Shown one piece after another: positions 47,530-55,772 of a stretch of DNA of 55,772 nucleotides. The notes beneath the pieces were generated by a model, which was not told the DNA's origin, ran no database searches, and saw only the letters and a list, made by a program, of their open reading frames with translations. A program made the position numbers and the translations under genes. Source of the stretch: a virus (Duplodnaviria; Caudoviricetes); the IMG/VR virus record IMGVR_UViG_3300031589_000003, positions 1 to 55,772 of that record. One strand, written 5' to 3'. The number at the start of each line of letters is the position of its first letter. Position 1 is the first letter of the stretch.

Positions 47530-49767
47530 TTATTTGTTTTTCTTCTTGGAGCGCTTAGAGATAAAGCCGCCTTTGCTCATTCCTCTATCTCCACCCCCTG
47601 TTTCTTCTAGTTCTTCGTCTTCAAAGCCCTCAAACTCACCACCTTGAGCAGTACCATATCCTGCGTCCACTGCACCTTGTGCAGCAGTAGTAGCAGCTTT
47701 TTCAGCAGTTTTTTCAGCGGCTCTGTCTTGCATTCGGCTTGCTAGTGACGGGCCATCGTCATTACTATTACTAGGAGTACTATCATTATTTGGATTGTTA
47801 GCAGAACCTGTAATTATCTTACCGTTAATCTCGGTTCCCGGTTTTATAGAATTTCCTGCATCATCTACAAGCTGACCATTAACGTATTTAGCACCATCAA
47901 AAGGCGTCACTATATTAGCTAAAAATTCTGAAAAGCTATTACCCGAAGTAGTTGCATTGGCATCCGTTGATGAATTTGACGAACCTCCTCCATTTTCAAT
48001 ATCTTTTCTTTTCTTAAGTTCGTCTTTTAAAGAATTAATACTGCGTTCCATAACAGTCTTACCTGTAACACCTTTTATAATCTTACCTGATAATCCCTTA
48101 TCTAGGAAATTATTAAGAAAAGAATTTAAACCTTTACCAGACTCTAAACTTTCAAGCTGTCCCTGAAGGGCGTCTGTTGTTTGAGTTGAATAGTAATCTT
48201 CAGTAGACGGGGGTTCATTACTATCATTTTCATTATCCTGACCCACGCTAGTCTGTGTAGTAACTCCTACCTGTGTAGCACTCCAGCCCTCTGCTATCCT
48301 TGCATCATGCTCTACTTGTTGAGCGGGTAGAGTGAATGCCTGTGATGTAAGTCCATCAGGGCTGTATAGCATTACCATACGTACAGCTGCAGTAGTAGCA
48401 GGTGCTACACCCCGTGCTCTATCTATTCCAGAGCCACGACCATACTGTGTGGAAACGTTAGCTGCCATAGTGTTTGCATTACGGCCATCCTCTAAGCCAG
48501 CCTCATTGTAGCCAACCCTTTGTTGTGGGACCATACCGCCTGCAGCCATGCCCATCTCTTGTAGTACAGCCATCTCCTCTGGTGTAAGAGCGTCCATGTC
48601 TTGTTGGCCTTCAGCAGCTACAGGCTCACCACCAATGCGTCCATCTACTTCCATCTTCATCATGCCCTGCTTGGCTTCTGATCGTAGGTCTTCAAAGAAC
48701 TTTACACCATAGAAACGTAGCACATCAGCGGGTACAACATATTCACCTTCGCTTAACTGAGCAGGTACATCATCCCGTACTTCTGAGGCCATTGAGCCTG
48801 GAGGTATCTCGTTACCGCTTACAGGGTCAACTCTCATGCCATCATCAGCAATACCACCCTCTTCAAAGAGTTCAGCCATTTGAGATTCGTTATTCATTGC
48901 TAATCCGCCTTCATTAAAGTTTGCTGTAGGTAGCTTATGTACTGTAACTCCAGCCGCACCAAGTTTATTATTAGTTACTGCAAATCCTTCGCCCAGTGTT
49001 TCTGTTATGTAGGAGCTAAGTTCAGGTTGTGTGAAACCTTTTTGATAAGTATCCCTAGTTGTTATAATAGACATAGGCTCTGGGCCAACTGTACCCTTAG
49101 CGTCCATTACATCCCTGCCACGTGTAGTTATAACGGCCCTACCATTAGGCTCAAGTACACGTCCAATATCTTTTACAATAGTATCTCTAACATCCCTTGG
49201 TACTACGTTTAATACGTTTAGATTAGTTACTTTTTTATAAGAGTTTGATGGTATGTCAGTAGGATTATTAAAGTCAGGTGTGAAGTCACCTTTGGGGAAA
49301 GGCTCATACGTATCAAAGCCAAGCTCTTTCTTTGATAGTCCTAAACCTGCACCAAAGTCTAAAGTTTTACCTTCACCTGATAACTCTGTTAGTAGTGTAT
49401 CAGCTTTCTTGTAAGTAGGGAGTGTCCCTGCTATCTGAGTACGCGCTGCGTTTTCAGCGGGAGGAACCCTGTCTGCTGCAGCTACATCATCACCCTTGCG
49501 TAACATACCCTTAAGAATAGGGCCTCCCACAGGTAAAACAGCTGCTAACTCAACAGCAGTAAGACCCGCCGCCTTTAGATAATTAGGGTCATCTTTTTGT
49601 ACTTCATTAACAATATCAGAGACACCCTTAACCGTACCAACAGGCGTAAAGTCTAAACCTGCATCTAACATCTGAACACTCATAGGTGTTTTTTTTCTAT
49701 AGGAACCTGTTAAGGGGTTATACTTTTCCCAGAGACTCTCTTCTTCTTGTTCTTTTATGTCAGCCAT
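47530..49767 (-). CDS. Multidomain head-operon protein: helical leader, class I SAM methyltransferase, DDVPAQLSEGEYVVPADV domain, low-complexity tail
   Basis: TLDFGAGLG, TYEPF, NLNVLNVV, GRAVITTR; FNEGG/FEEGG/MAAGG/MSKGG motifs. Confidence 0.8.
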   Translation of the reverse strand: MADIKEQEEESLWEKYNPLTGSYRKKTPMSVQMLDAGLDFTPVGTVKGVSDIVNEVQKDDPNYLKAAGLTAVELAAVLPVGGPILKGMLRKGDDVAAADRVPPAENAARTQIAGTLPTYKKADTLLTELSGEGKTLDFGAGLGLSKKELGFDTYEPFPKGDFTPDFNNPTDIPSNSYKKVTNLNVLNVVPRDVRDTIVKDIGRVLEPNGRAVITTRGRDVMDAKGTVGPEPMSIITTRDTYQKGFTQPELSSYITETLGEGFAVTNNKLGAAGVTVHKLPTANFNEGGLAMNNESQMAELFEEGGIADDGMRVDPVSGNEIPPGSMASEVRDDVPAQLSEGEYVVPADVLRFYGVKFFEDLRSEAKQGMMKMEVDGRIGGEPVAAEGQQDMDALTPEEMAVLQEMGMAAGGMVPQQRVGYNEAGLEDGRNANTMAANVSTQYGRGSGIDRARGVAPATTAAVRMVMLYSPDGLTSQAFTLPAQQVEHDARIAEGWSATQVGVTTQTSVGQDNENDSNEPPSTEDYYSTQTTDALQGQLESLESGKGLNSFLNNFLDKGLSGKIIKGVTGKTVMERSINSLKDELKKRKDIENGGGSSNSSTDANATTSGNSFSEFLANIVTPFDGAKYVNGQLVDDAGNSIKPGTEINGKIITGSANNPNNDSTPSNSNDDGPSLASRMQDRAAEKTAEKAATTAAQGAVDAGYGTAQGGEFEGFEDEELEETGGGDRGMSKGGFISKRSKKKNK

Positions 49768-49948
49768 TAACTTTATCCCTCAAGTACTTCAAGTTACGAT
49801 AAGCTGCAATCTTACCTTGAGCACGATAAAACTCAACAGGGTCAGATAATGTCTCAGCACTTTTGTGTTGCTGTGATATGCACTCATCTAACTCTTGAAG
49901 AAGTGCATCCCATTCTACTTTATTGTTTACAAGGCTCTTAAGCGACAT
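49760..49948 (-). CDS. Small conserved protein downstream of the portal
   Basis: YRAQGKI...LKYLRD motif; ATG 49948. Confidence 0.75.
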   Translation of the reverse strand: MSLKSLVNNKVEWDALLQELDECISQQHKSAETLSDPVEFYRAQGKIAAYRNLKYLRDKVNG

Positions 49949-52079
49949 TACCGCTGAACCCTTGCTCTCCTGGTACTGGTGCGACACCCGTTCCTATAGT
50001 ACCACCGCCAGCACCTGTCTGGTCTTGTACCTGAGCGCCAGCAGGAGCGCCCTGTGGAGCAGGAGCACCACCTTCAGGGCCTGGGACACCTTCAGGAGCC
50101 ATAGGGGGCTGTGGGGGCGCTTGGAAGGCTTTGAGTATCTCTGCCTGTATTGCTGCGTCCTGCATGGAGTTAGTCACTTTGTCTGGATCAAGGTTCATGC
50201 TCTTAGCAATCTCACGAATAACGTAATCCATCTTAGCGAATGGTGCAAGTGCTGGGTTAGATGCAACCTGCAAGAACTGCATTAAGCGCTGTGAGCGAAC
50301 TTCATTAGCCATTAAGCTCTCTGTACCAGATGCCTTAACCTCTAAGTCACCCTTGATGCTGCTATCAAAATCAAACTGCATGTTGAATGCAAAGAAAGCT
50401 TTACCCATAGGAGCGATAAGATAGTCATCTACATTCTTAACCACACTACGAATAGAGCCGTTAGCAGCAGACATAAGCATACTAATACCTGAAGCAGTAC
50501 GTCCAACACCACTGACACCCGTTTGACCATGAGCAAAGGAAGGGAATCCAGTAGACTCATCAGCTAATACTCGTGCTTTATCAAAGAGTTGCATGTTTTC
50601 CTGTGCTACGTTGGGGAACTTAGTGCCAAACAAGGCTTGACCAGGTGCACCCCCCTGTCTTCGTAGGACTTTTCCTGGGTACATAGTTAAGTCTTGGCCT
50701 GGAACCAAGTTTGTCTCATCTACTTCAATGATAAGATTACCACTTAGAGAAGCATTGTCAATAGCCATACGCATAAAGCCATTCATCAATGTCTGTGTAT
50801 CGTCCATGTTCTCAGCAATACCTACGCCAAAGAAGGAATAAGGGTTGTGCTCATAGGGTACAGAGTAGTAAGGGATACGTGAAGGCTTGAATGGGTTAAG
50901 CACACAACGAAGGACTTCTCCGTTACACACCCAGATATTGCAGTTTACTTCGTTTAAGTCTTTATATTCTTTGGGTATCTTAATACCATTATCTTCTAGT
51001 ATATCTATATCAACAAAGCCCCAGAACTCAAACACTTCCCAACGCTCTGAGTTACCAATAGTACTATCGTCATCTTCCATCTTCTGTTCCCAATGCTTAC
51101 GCACATAGTCAGAACCAGAAGCAACGACAGCTTCAATAGAATCTTCCATAAAGTAAGGGCGATTAGCTAGAGAACGTATTTGTGTACGAGACATCTTGTG
51201 ACGCTCAACTACATACTCTGCATCATCCATGCTTGAAGCTTCAGGGTCAGGGTAGAAGTTCCATATAGATACATGATCTGTAGAAGGTACAGTCTTTACT
51301 ATAGGGTCATACTCACCTTCTTCATTCCAGTTAGGATACTCTTTATCTGTAGCGAAGGGGCCTTTCATAACACCTGTACCTAGCAGTGCCATCTCAAAGG
51401 CCATACTACGTAAATGCTTAGATGCACCCGACTCGTTTAACTGATCGTGTACTTTCTTTTCCATCTTCTTAGCTGCTACCATAGCAGGATGGAATGTTAC
51501 AGTAGTAGGAGAAGTACCGTCACCCTCAATGAGTTTATCTGCTACTGGAGTTAGTTTATTTTCTAAACCACCTAAGCGTTTCTCTAATGAGCTTCTAGTC
51601 TCACCTGGTTTTAGTTTAGTGTCTGGGCCAATCAAGTAAGGCTTAGTAGGCTCCTGACCAAAGGCACTCTTTAATTCTTCTACACCTGCTTCTGCATTAG
51701 GGTCTAGATTAATGTGTACAGACTCAGCAACGCCATCAGGTAATACAGAGGGATCTATCGAAAGCGGAAACTTATTATTTCCAAATAGAACATCAATAAT
51801 CTGCCCATAAGCAGCGAGAGTTTTAGTCTTAGTGACTTTAATAAATACCCTAGATTTTTCACTAGATGTGAATTGCACGTCTGATCCGTAAAGACCACGA
51901 TAGTTTCTATAAGCACGTAGCCACCTTTCTTCATCCCCTAATCTAGAGTCTTCTGCTCTTTTGAATCGCTCATTAACAAACGCAACAATACTACTGCTTG
52001 ACGCAAGGAGTTTATCGTCTTGTGCTTCTGCAGCAACTACGTCATCAGTCTCAAACGAAAGATCATCTATTTCTGCCAT
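49938..52079 (-). CDS. Portal protein
   Basis: ALLGTGVMK, NFYPDP, PYSFFGVG, RTASGISML; Pro/Gly tail; follows terL. Confidence 0.92.
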   Translation of the reverse strand: MAEIDDLSFETDDVVAAEAQDDKLLASSSSIVAFVNERFKRAEDSRLGDEERWLRAYRNYRGLYGSDVQFTSSEKSRVFIKVTKTKTLAAYGQIIDVLFGNNKFPLSIDPSVLPDGVAESVHINLDPNAEAGVEELKSAFGQEPTKPYLIGPDTKLKPGETRSSLEKRLGGLENKLTPVADKLIEGDGTSPTTVTFHPAMVAAKKMEKKVHDQLNESGASKHLRSMAFEMALLGTGVMKGPFATDKEYPNWNEEGEYDPIVKTVPSTDHVSIWNFYPDPEASSMDDAEYVVERHKMSRTQIRSLANRPYFMEDSIEAVVASGSDYVRKHWEQKMEDDDSTIGNSERWEVFEFWGFVDIDILEDNGIKIPKEYKDLNEVNCNIWVCNGEVLRCVLNPFKPSRIPYYSVPYEHNPYSFFGVGIAENMDDTQTLMNGFMRMAIDNASLSGNLIIEVDETNLVPGQDLTMYPGKVLRRQGGAPGQALFGTKFPNVAQENMQLFDKARVLADESTGFPSFAHGQTGVSGVGRTASGISMLMSAANGSIRSVVKNVDDYLIAPMGKAFFAFNMQFDFDSSIKGDLEVKASGTESLMANEVRSQRLMQFLQVASNPALAPFAKMDYVIREIAKSMNLDPDKVTNSMQDAAIQAEILKAFQAPPQPPMAPEGVPGPEGGAPAPQGAPAGAQVQDQTGAGGGTIGTGVAPVPGEQGFSGNVA

Positions 52080-52082
52080 AAT

Positions 52083-53660
52083 TTAATATCCGAATGTTGG
52101 GTCTGACGCTTGAAAGCCAGACCTTTGTGTTGCGGGGTTAAAGTCCCATAGTGAGCTTCTTGGTCTAGTCATAATACCATACCTTAAAGCATCATACAAG
52201 TGATCTTCTGAGTTTGTATCAACATCTTCAGAGTTTCTTTTGTCTAAAGGTATTGATGGTATCTGCGCTAGTAGATTGGTGCAGGTAGACATGAATACCA
52301 AGCGTGGTTTCTCAGTAAACTCATCTACCTGCAAACGGCGATGTAACTCATTTTTACCAGCCACTCTTGAGCCACGAGAACGGTCAGAAGGTCTCCAACG
52401 ACAACCCTTCATGTTCATTTGTTCTGCTAATGACGGGCCAGTATCCCCACGTTTGTGCCACAGGGAAGAGTCCAATACGCCGTATCTCATTGTACCATCT
52501 TCAGCCTCTGCATCAAGAATCATATCTGCTAGATCAGTGGCTGTTACTTTACTACAATAAAGTTCTCTGTATACGATAAGCTGCTCATCAGGTGCTACAG
52601 CTATCCAAACAACACCTGTGTAACTCCCATATCCATAGTCACAAGCTCTAAATCTAGACCATGACTTAGGTATGCTAAAAGGATCTATAACGTGTATAGC
52701 TCTGTTAAACTCAGGGAAAGCTGCCCCTTCATTTACATCCCAGTTACCTTCAAGTAGTTGTTTTTTCTGATGCTCAGGTAGTGAGAGTAGCATTGCTTCA
52801 TACTCACCGCCCTGTGACAAATAAGGGTTATCAAATAGGCTGGCAGGGATAAACCTACGTTTAAATAGAGGTTCACCCTCTCTGCTATGCCCTTTAGGGA
52901 ACGTAATAGTATCCCCTGTTTCTATACTAGTAGCCCAGAATGCCTCATTGCGAGGTGCTGGGTCAATAAACATCTTTTTAACCCAAGCATGTCCGTTTCC
53001 ACCTGGGTTTGTTGTGGCTCTCATGTACAAACCTAGCTCATTACTATGTGCAGATCTCAAGCGTGACCTCATATAATCCCAGGCGTAGTTTGTATTCCAC
53101 TGCGTCAGTTCATCGAAGCCTATCCAGTTAAACGCCTGCCCTTGGTAGCGGGTAACATCCATGTCTTTGTCCAAGTAGGACATCCAAAGTCTGCCCCCTC
53201 TAGGGCTAGTCCACTGTGACTTACGTTCTGACCACTTTATACCTGGAATTGCTTTAGGGTATAGCTCTTGACTCTTTTGTATTAGCTCTCGTAGCTCTTC
53301 TGTAGTGTGTCGTACCAGCAAACCACTAAAGTTAGGGTTGCCTAAGCCATGTAGAGGGTCTGCAAGCATGGCGTAGCTTTTACCACCACCCGCACTGCCT
53401 CCATATAGTACTTCACGCTCACTAGAACTAAGAAAGTCAGTCTGAGGGCCAGCATTAGGCTTAAAAACTACGTCTTGAGCTACTTCTACTTCATACTGAG
53501 GGGGTAGAACTGTCGCTGGTACTGTCTTCTTCGTCTTCTCCGTGGGTACTATAGGCTCCAATGCGGTTTTTTTCAAGGGTTTCGATTTCCTTGAGGATTT
53601 TTTGGAGCCGCTGGGCAAGGAACCGTTTAGCTGTAGTTGCTTTTTTACGTTTGAGGTCAA
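52083..53660 (-). CDS. terL: Terminase large subunit (start uncertain, likely downstream of 53660)
   Basis: YGGSAGGGKS, FDEL, ATTNPGG, DYGY, DHLYDALRY. Confidence 0.93.
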   Translation of the reverse strand: MTSNVKKQLQLNGSLPSGSKKSSRKSKPLKKTALEPIVPTEKTKKTVPATVLPPQYEVEVAQDVVFKPNAGPQTDFLSSSEREVLYGGSAGGGKSYAMLADPLHGLGNPNFSGLLVRHTTEELRELIQKSQELYPKAIPGIKWSERKSQWTSPRGGRLWMSYLDKDMDVTRYQGQAFNWIGFDELTQWNTNYAWDYMRSRLRSAHSNELGLYMRATTNPGGNGHAWVKKMFIDPAPRNEAFWATSIETGDTITFPKGHSREGEPLFKRRFIPASLFDNPYLSQGGEYEAMLLSLPEHQKKQLLEGNWDVNEGAAFPEFNRAIHVIDPFSIPKSWSRFRACDYGYGSYTGVVWIAVAPDEQLIVYRELYCSKVTATDLADMILDAEAEDGTMRYGVLDSSLWHKRGDTGPSLAEQMNMKGCRWRPSDRSRGSRVAGKNELHRRLQVDEFTEKPRLVFMSTCTNLLAQIPSIPLDKRNSEDVDTNSEDHLYDALRYGIMTRPRSSLWDFNPATQRSGFQASDPTFGY

Positions 53661-53958
53661 TGTCTACTCTTCTTCTTAGCGCTTGCTGCGTAATAGGTCT
53701 ACCTGTCTGTTTTTCTAACCATATACAGACATCTGCGTAACTATACTGCTTTAAGTGTCTCTTTGCAAGCTCTAATGCCTCTAATTCGTAAGGGATAGGC
53801 TCTAAAAGTGCATCATTATCGTAGCAAACCTTATATCCGTAAGGTACACCCTTGTTAGTATTACCTAGTCTTACTACTGTATGCCACTCTTTTTCTTTAC
53901 CTTTAGGTGGTTTAGGTAGTTCCCAGTAACCTATATCTTCTGTTATCTTTAATCTCAC
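53491..53958 (-). CDS. Protein resembling an isolated serine-recombinase DNA-binding domain
   Basis: VPYGYK...LEPIPYELEAL...YSY..V..WL. Confidence 0.6.
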   Translation of the reverse strand: MRLKITEDIGYWELPKPPKGKEKEWHTVVRLGNTNKGVPYGYKVCYDNDALLEPIPYELEALELAKRHLKQYSYADVCIWLEKQTGRPITQQALRRRVDIDLKRKKATTAKRFLAQRLQKILKEIETLEKNRIGAYSTHGEDEEDSTSDSSTPSV

Positions 53959-53969
53959 AATAACACTAC

Positions 53970-54341
53970 TTATTCATTAGAACCTTCTTTGGGTGGAAGG
54001 TAGAATACACCGCCACCACTAGAGGATACGTCCAATCTTTCTACTTTACCCAAGCCAGCACGATCAAGTAGGTCTTTAGCGGCAACCATCTTATCACGAA
54101 TGCCTAGTTCAGTAGGGTCATACAAAGCACCAGCCATAGACATAGCTGCTTTAGGGGCTACTTGTGCAAAGTAAGTACGTGTAGCCTCTCCTATCTCATC
54201 TTTAAGAGACTCAACTATAGAACGAGTAGAACTAGTCTCGCCATAACCCGCTAGTTTCTTAGCTTGTACAGCATCACCTTGAGCCTCTTCAAAGAGAACC
54301 TCTAGGAAACGCCGTTGATTATCTGTTAAGTTACGTGTCAT
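53970..54341 (-). CDS. terS: Terminase small subunit
   Basis: LTDNQRRFL...AKKLAGY; AAKDLLDRAG; C-terminal LPPK. Confidence 0.75.
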   Translation of the reverse strand: MTRNLTDNQRRFLEVLFEEAQGDAVQAKKLAGYGETSSTRSIVESLKDEIGEATRTYFAQVAPKAAMSMAGALYDPTELGIRDKMVAAKDLLDRAGLGKVERLDVSSSGGGVFYLPPKEGSNE

Positions 54342-54377
54342 GGTGTTACTACTTTCTTTGTATAAAGATAATACATG

Positions 54378-54851
54378 CTATTTGACCTCTTCAGCTAGTA
54401 TTGCTGCACCCCAGAACAAACCAGCAGTACCTATGCCAAATACTATAACACAAGCGAGGACAGTTAAGAAGTAAAATATCCTATCCCTCTTATCTGCTTC
54501 AGCCTCAAGTGCATCCTTACGCCGTTTACGAGCTTGGGCCTGTTCGTGTACAACCATATCCCACATACCTGGAGGGCCATATAATCGTGTTGTAGACCTC
54601 AAATCGTCCATACACTCTTTGTGCTTCATCTTAGCTTGAGCTATGGCGAAACCTTCTTCTTCAGTAGAGGTAAGGCGACCCAGTGGGCCTTTGTGCCTGC
54701 CCTTCTCAGCAATACCAATCTCGGCTTCAAGGTTAGCTAATTTACCGAAAGCAGGCATAATGCTATTAACATCTTTGCCTGCCTTTATTGCGTTGCTTAT
54801 ACCGCCAGCTATGCTGCTTACTGCACTTGCAAGAGCTAAAACTTCAATCAT
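54378..54851 (-). CDS. Membrane-anchored hypothetical protein
   Basis: C-terminal TM helix; IKAGKDV motif. Confidence 0.65.
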   Translation of the reverse strand: MIEVLALASAVSSIAGGISNAIKAGKDVNSIMPAFGKLANLEAEIGIAEKGRHKGPLGRLTSTEEEGFAIAQAKMKHKECMDDLRSTTRLYGPPGMWDMVVHEQAQARKRRKDALEAEADKRDRIFYFLTVLACVIVFGIGTAGLFWGAAILAEEVK

Positions 54852-54878
54852 GCAAATACAGTCCTATATTCAGTTAGC

Positions 54879-55097
54879 CTATTTAGGTTCTTCGTTTAGA
54901 ACACGGCTAATGTCACCACGAGTAATTCCAATATCTCTTAAGTCTTTGTCTGTCATTCCGTGAAGCTGCATTGAAGCTATGCGGCGGTTTGCTTCTTTTT
55001 GGCGACTCTCAATAAAAGCATTAAAGACTTTTACTAGCCATGCTTTAAATGATGCACCAAAGCGTTGTGTTTGTGTGATTACTAATTCCATGTCCAT
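54879..55097 (-). CDS. DUF1127 (YjiS-like) small protein
   Basis: RRIASMQLHGMTDKDLRDIGITRGDI; AAGGAG RBS. Confidence 0.82.
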   Translation of the reverse strand: MDMELVITQTQRFGASFKAWLVKVFNAFIESRQKEANRRIASMQLHGMTDKDLRDIGITRGDISRVLNEEPK

Positions 55098-55173
55098 TCT
55101 CCTTTTTTATATAGGGACGAACATAGTTATACTTAATTAAAACCTATTTAGTAGATACAAGTTTGCATACCCG

Positions 55174-55539
55174 TTATCTATTAGGGTTATACCTTTCCCG
55201 TACAGATATGGTAGCCTCAATAGTATTAGTAGTCTGGGCATACAAGACAATCTTATCACCAGCGTGTAAGTGCATGACACTACTATCTAGTACATTAAAG
55301 GAGCTATTAGCTGCTATGCTGTGATCTTTGAGTAAGTAATGATACGTGCTGTCAGCTTTATGAAAAAACTGTACGAAGATCTTCTTAGCACCTGAGTTAT
55401 TGTTATTCAGGAATAGAAGATCAATAGTAGCGCTATGCGTTGCAGGACATGTATACAGAACATCAGCCGCTGCATCAGCAGTAGTGGAAGCTATAGTCTT
55501 AGCCTCTGTAGAAGTCTTATATATAGCTAGTTCTACCAT
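55174..55539 (-). CDS. Small beta-sandwich virion protein, similar in pattern to 38594-38956
   Basis: LYTCP...LFLNN...SIAANSS...LHAGDKI. Confidence 0.65.
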   Translation of the reverse strand: MVELAIYKTSTEAKTIASTTADAAADVLYTCPATHSATIDLLFLNNNNSGAKKIFVQFFHKADSTYHYLLKDHSIAANSSFNVLDSSVMHLHAGDKIVLYAQTTNTIEATISVRERYNPNR

Positions 55540-55758
55540 CTAGTCTTTCTTAGCTTTCTTCTTACCAGTAACTCTCTTCTTAATCTTTGTAGTCCAAGCT
55601 TCATTAATATCAGGAGTACTAGGGTCATCACCTACAAGTTGACCTTTAGCATTACGAGCACGTACTACTTCTGTCTCTACTATAGTAGTTTCCTCAGTTA
55701 CAGTAACCATTGCTTGATTAGATGCTGAACCTGCAGTAGCAGTAGTTAGACTAGGCAT
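55540..55758 (-). CDS. 3' part of the junction-spanning protein starting at 304
   Basis: RARNAKGQLVGDDPSTPDINEAW motif. Confidence 0.75.
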   Translation of the reverse strand: MPSLTTATAGSASNQAMVTVTEETTIVETEVVRARNAKGQLVGDDPSTPDINEAWTTKIKKRVTGKKKAKKD

Positions 55759-55772
55759 TACTTCCAGCCATA
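55614..55772. repeat. Terminal overlap, right copy
   Basis: Matches 1-161. Confidence 0.95.

Noticed and set aside
23929-52579. Numerous + strand ORFs antisense to structural genes (and - strand ORFs within the replication arm)
   Set aside because: Shadow frames of real genes with no RBS or recognisable motifs
53565-53576. A-AAA-AAC slippery site fusing the 53491-53958 ORF to terL
   Set aside because: A -1 shift reaches a stop within a few codons; terL is in the +1 frame
55614-55772. End repeat as a biological direct terminal repeat
   Set aside because: It falls inside a coding gene and the mismatches cluster at the contig end, as expected for assembly overlap

Overview
The window is essentially one complete, circularly permuted genome (~55.6 kb) of a marine podophage. 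Bases 1-161 recur at 55614-55772 as an assembly overlap. It has the hallmarks of the HMO-2011-type group (SAR116/Roseobacter phages): family A DNA polymerase with an internal DnaJ-like CXXCXGXG zinc finger, split primase and helicase, tyrosine integrase, class II (B12) ribonucleotide reductase, ThyX, MazG-like and PhoH genes, and no phage RNA polymerase. Two arms converge at a terminator near 23.85 kb. The + arm (~4.95-23.8 kb) holds early and replication genes. The - arm (~3.9 kb leftward, across the junction, to 23.87 kb) holds small basic proteins, terminases, portal, scaffold, capsid, tail, a multi-propeller receptor-binding cassette and ejected proteins. DUF1127- and DUF6127-like genes suggest an alphaproteobacterial, probably Roseobacter, host. 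Most unusual: (1) a probable virion cargo/processing system, with a recurring [FYM]-x-x-G-G motif in three late proteins and a SAM methyltransferase fused in front of a head-operon protein; (2) a ~220-nt multibranch, pseudoknotted RNA leading the first early transcript, with a boxA-like element upstream; (3) five promoters of identical TTGAC[AT]-N16-TA[TC]AACT form; (4) a split DUF5872-like gene interrupted by a Cys-rich micro-ORF; (5) a gene bounded by 32-bp direct repeats carrying the RBS and stop/start. Family names come from motif recognition; no searches were run.
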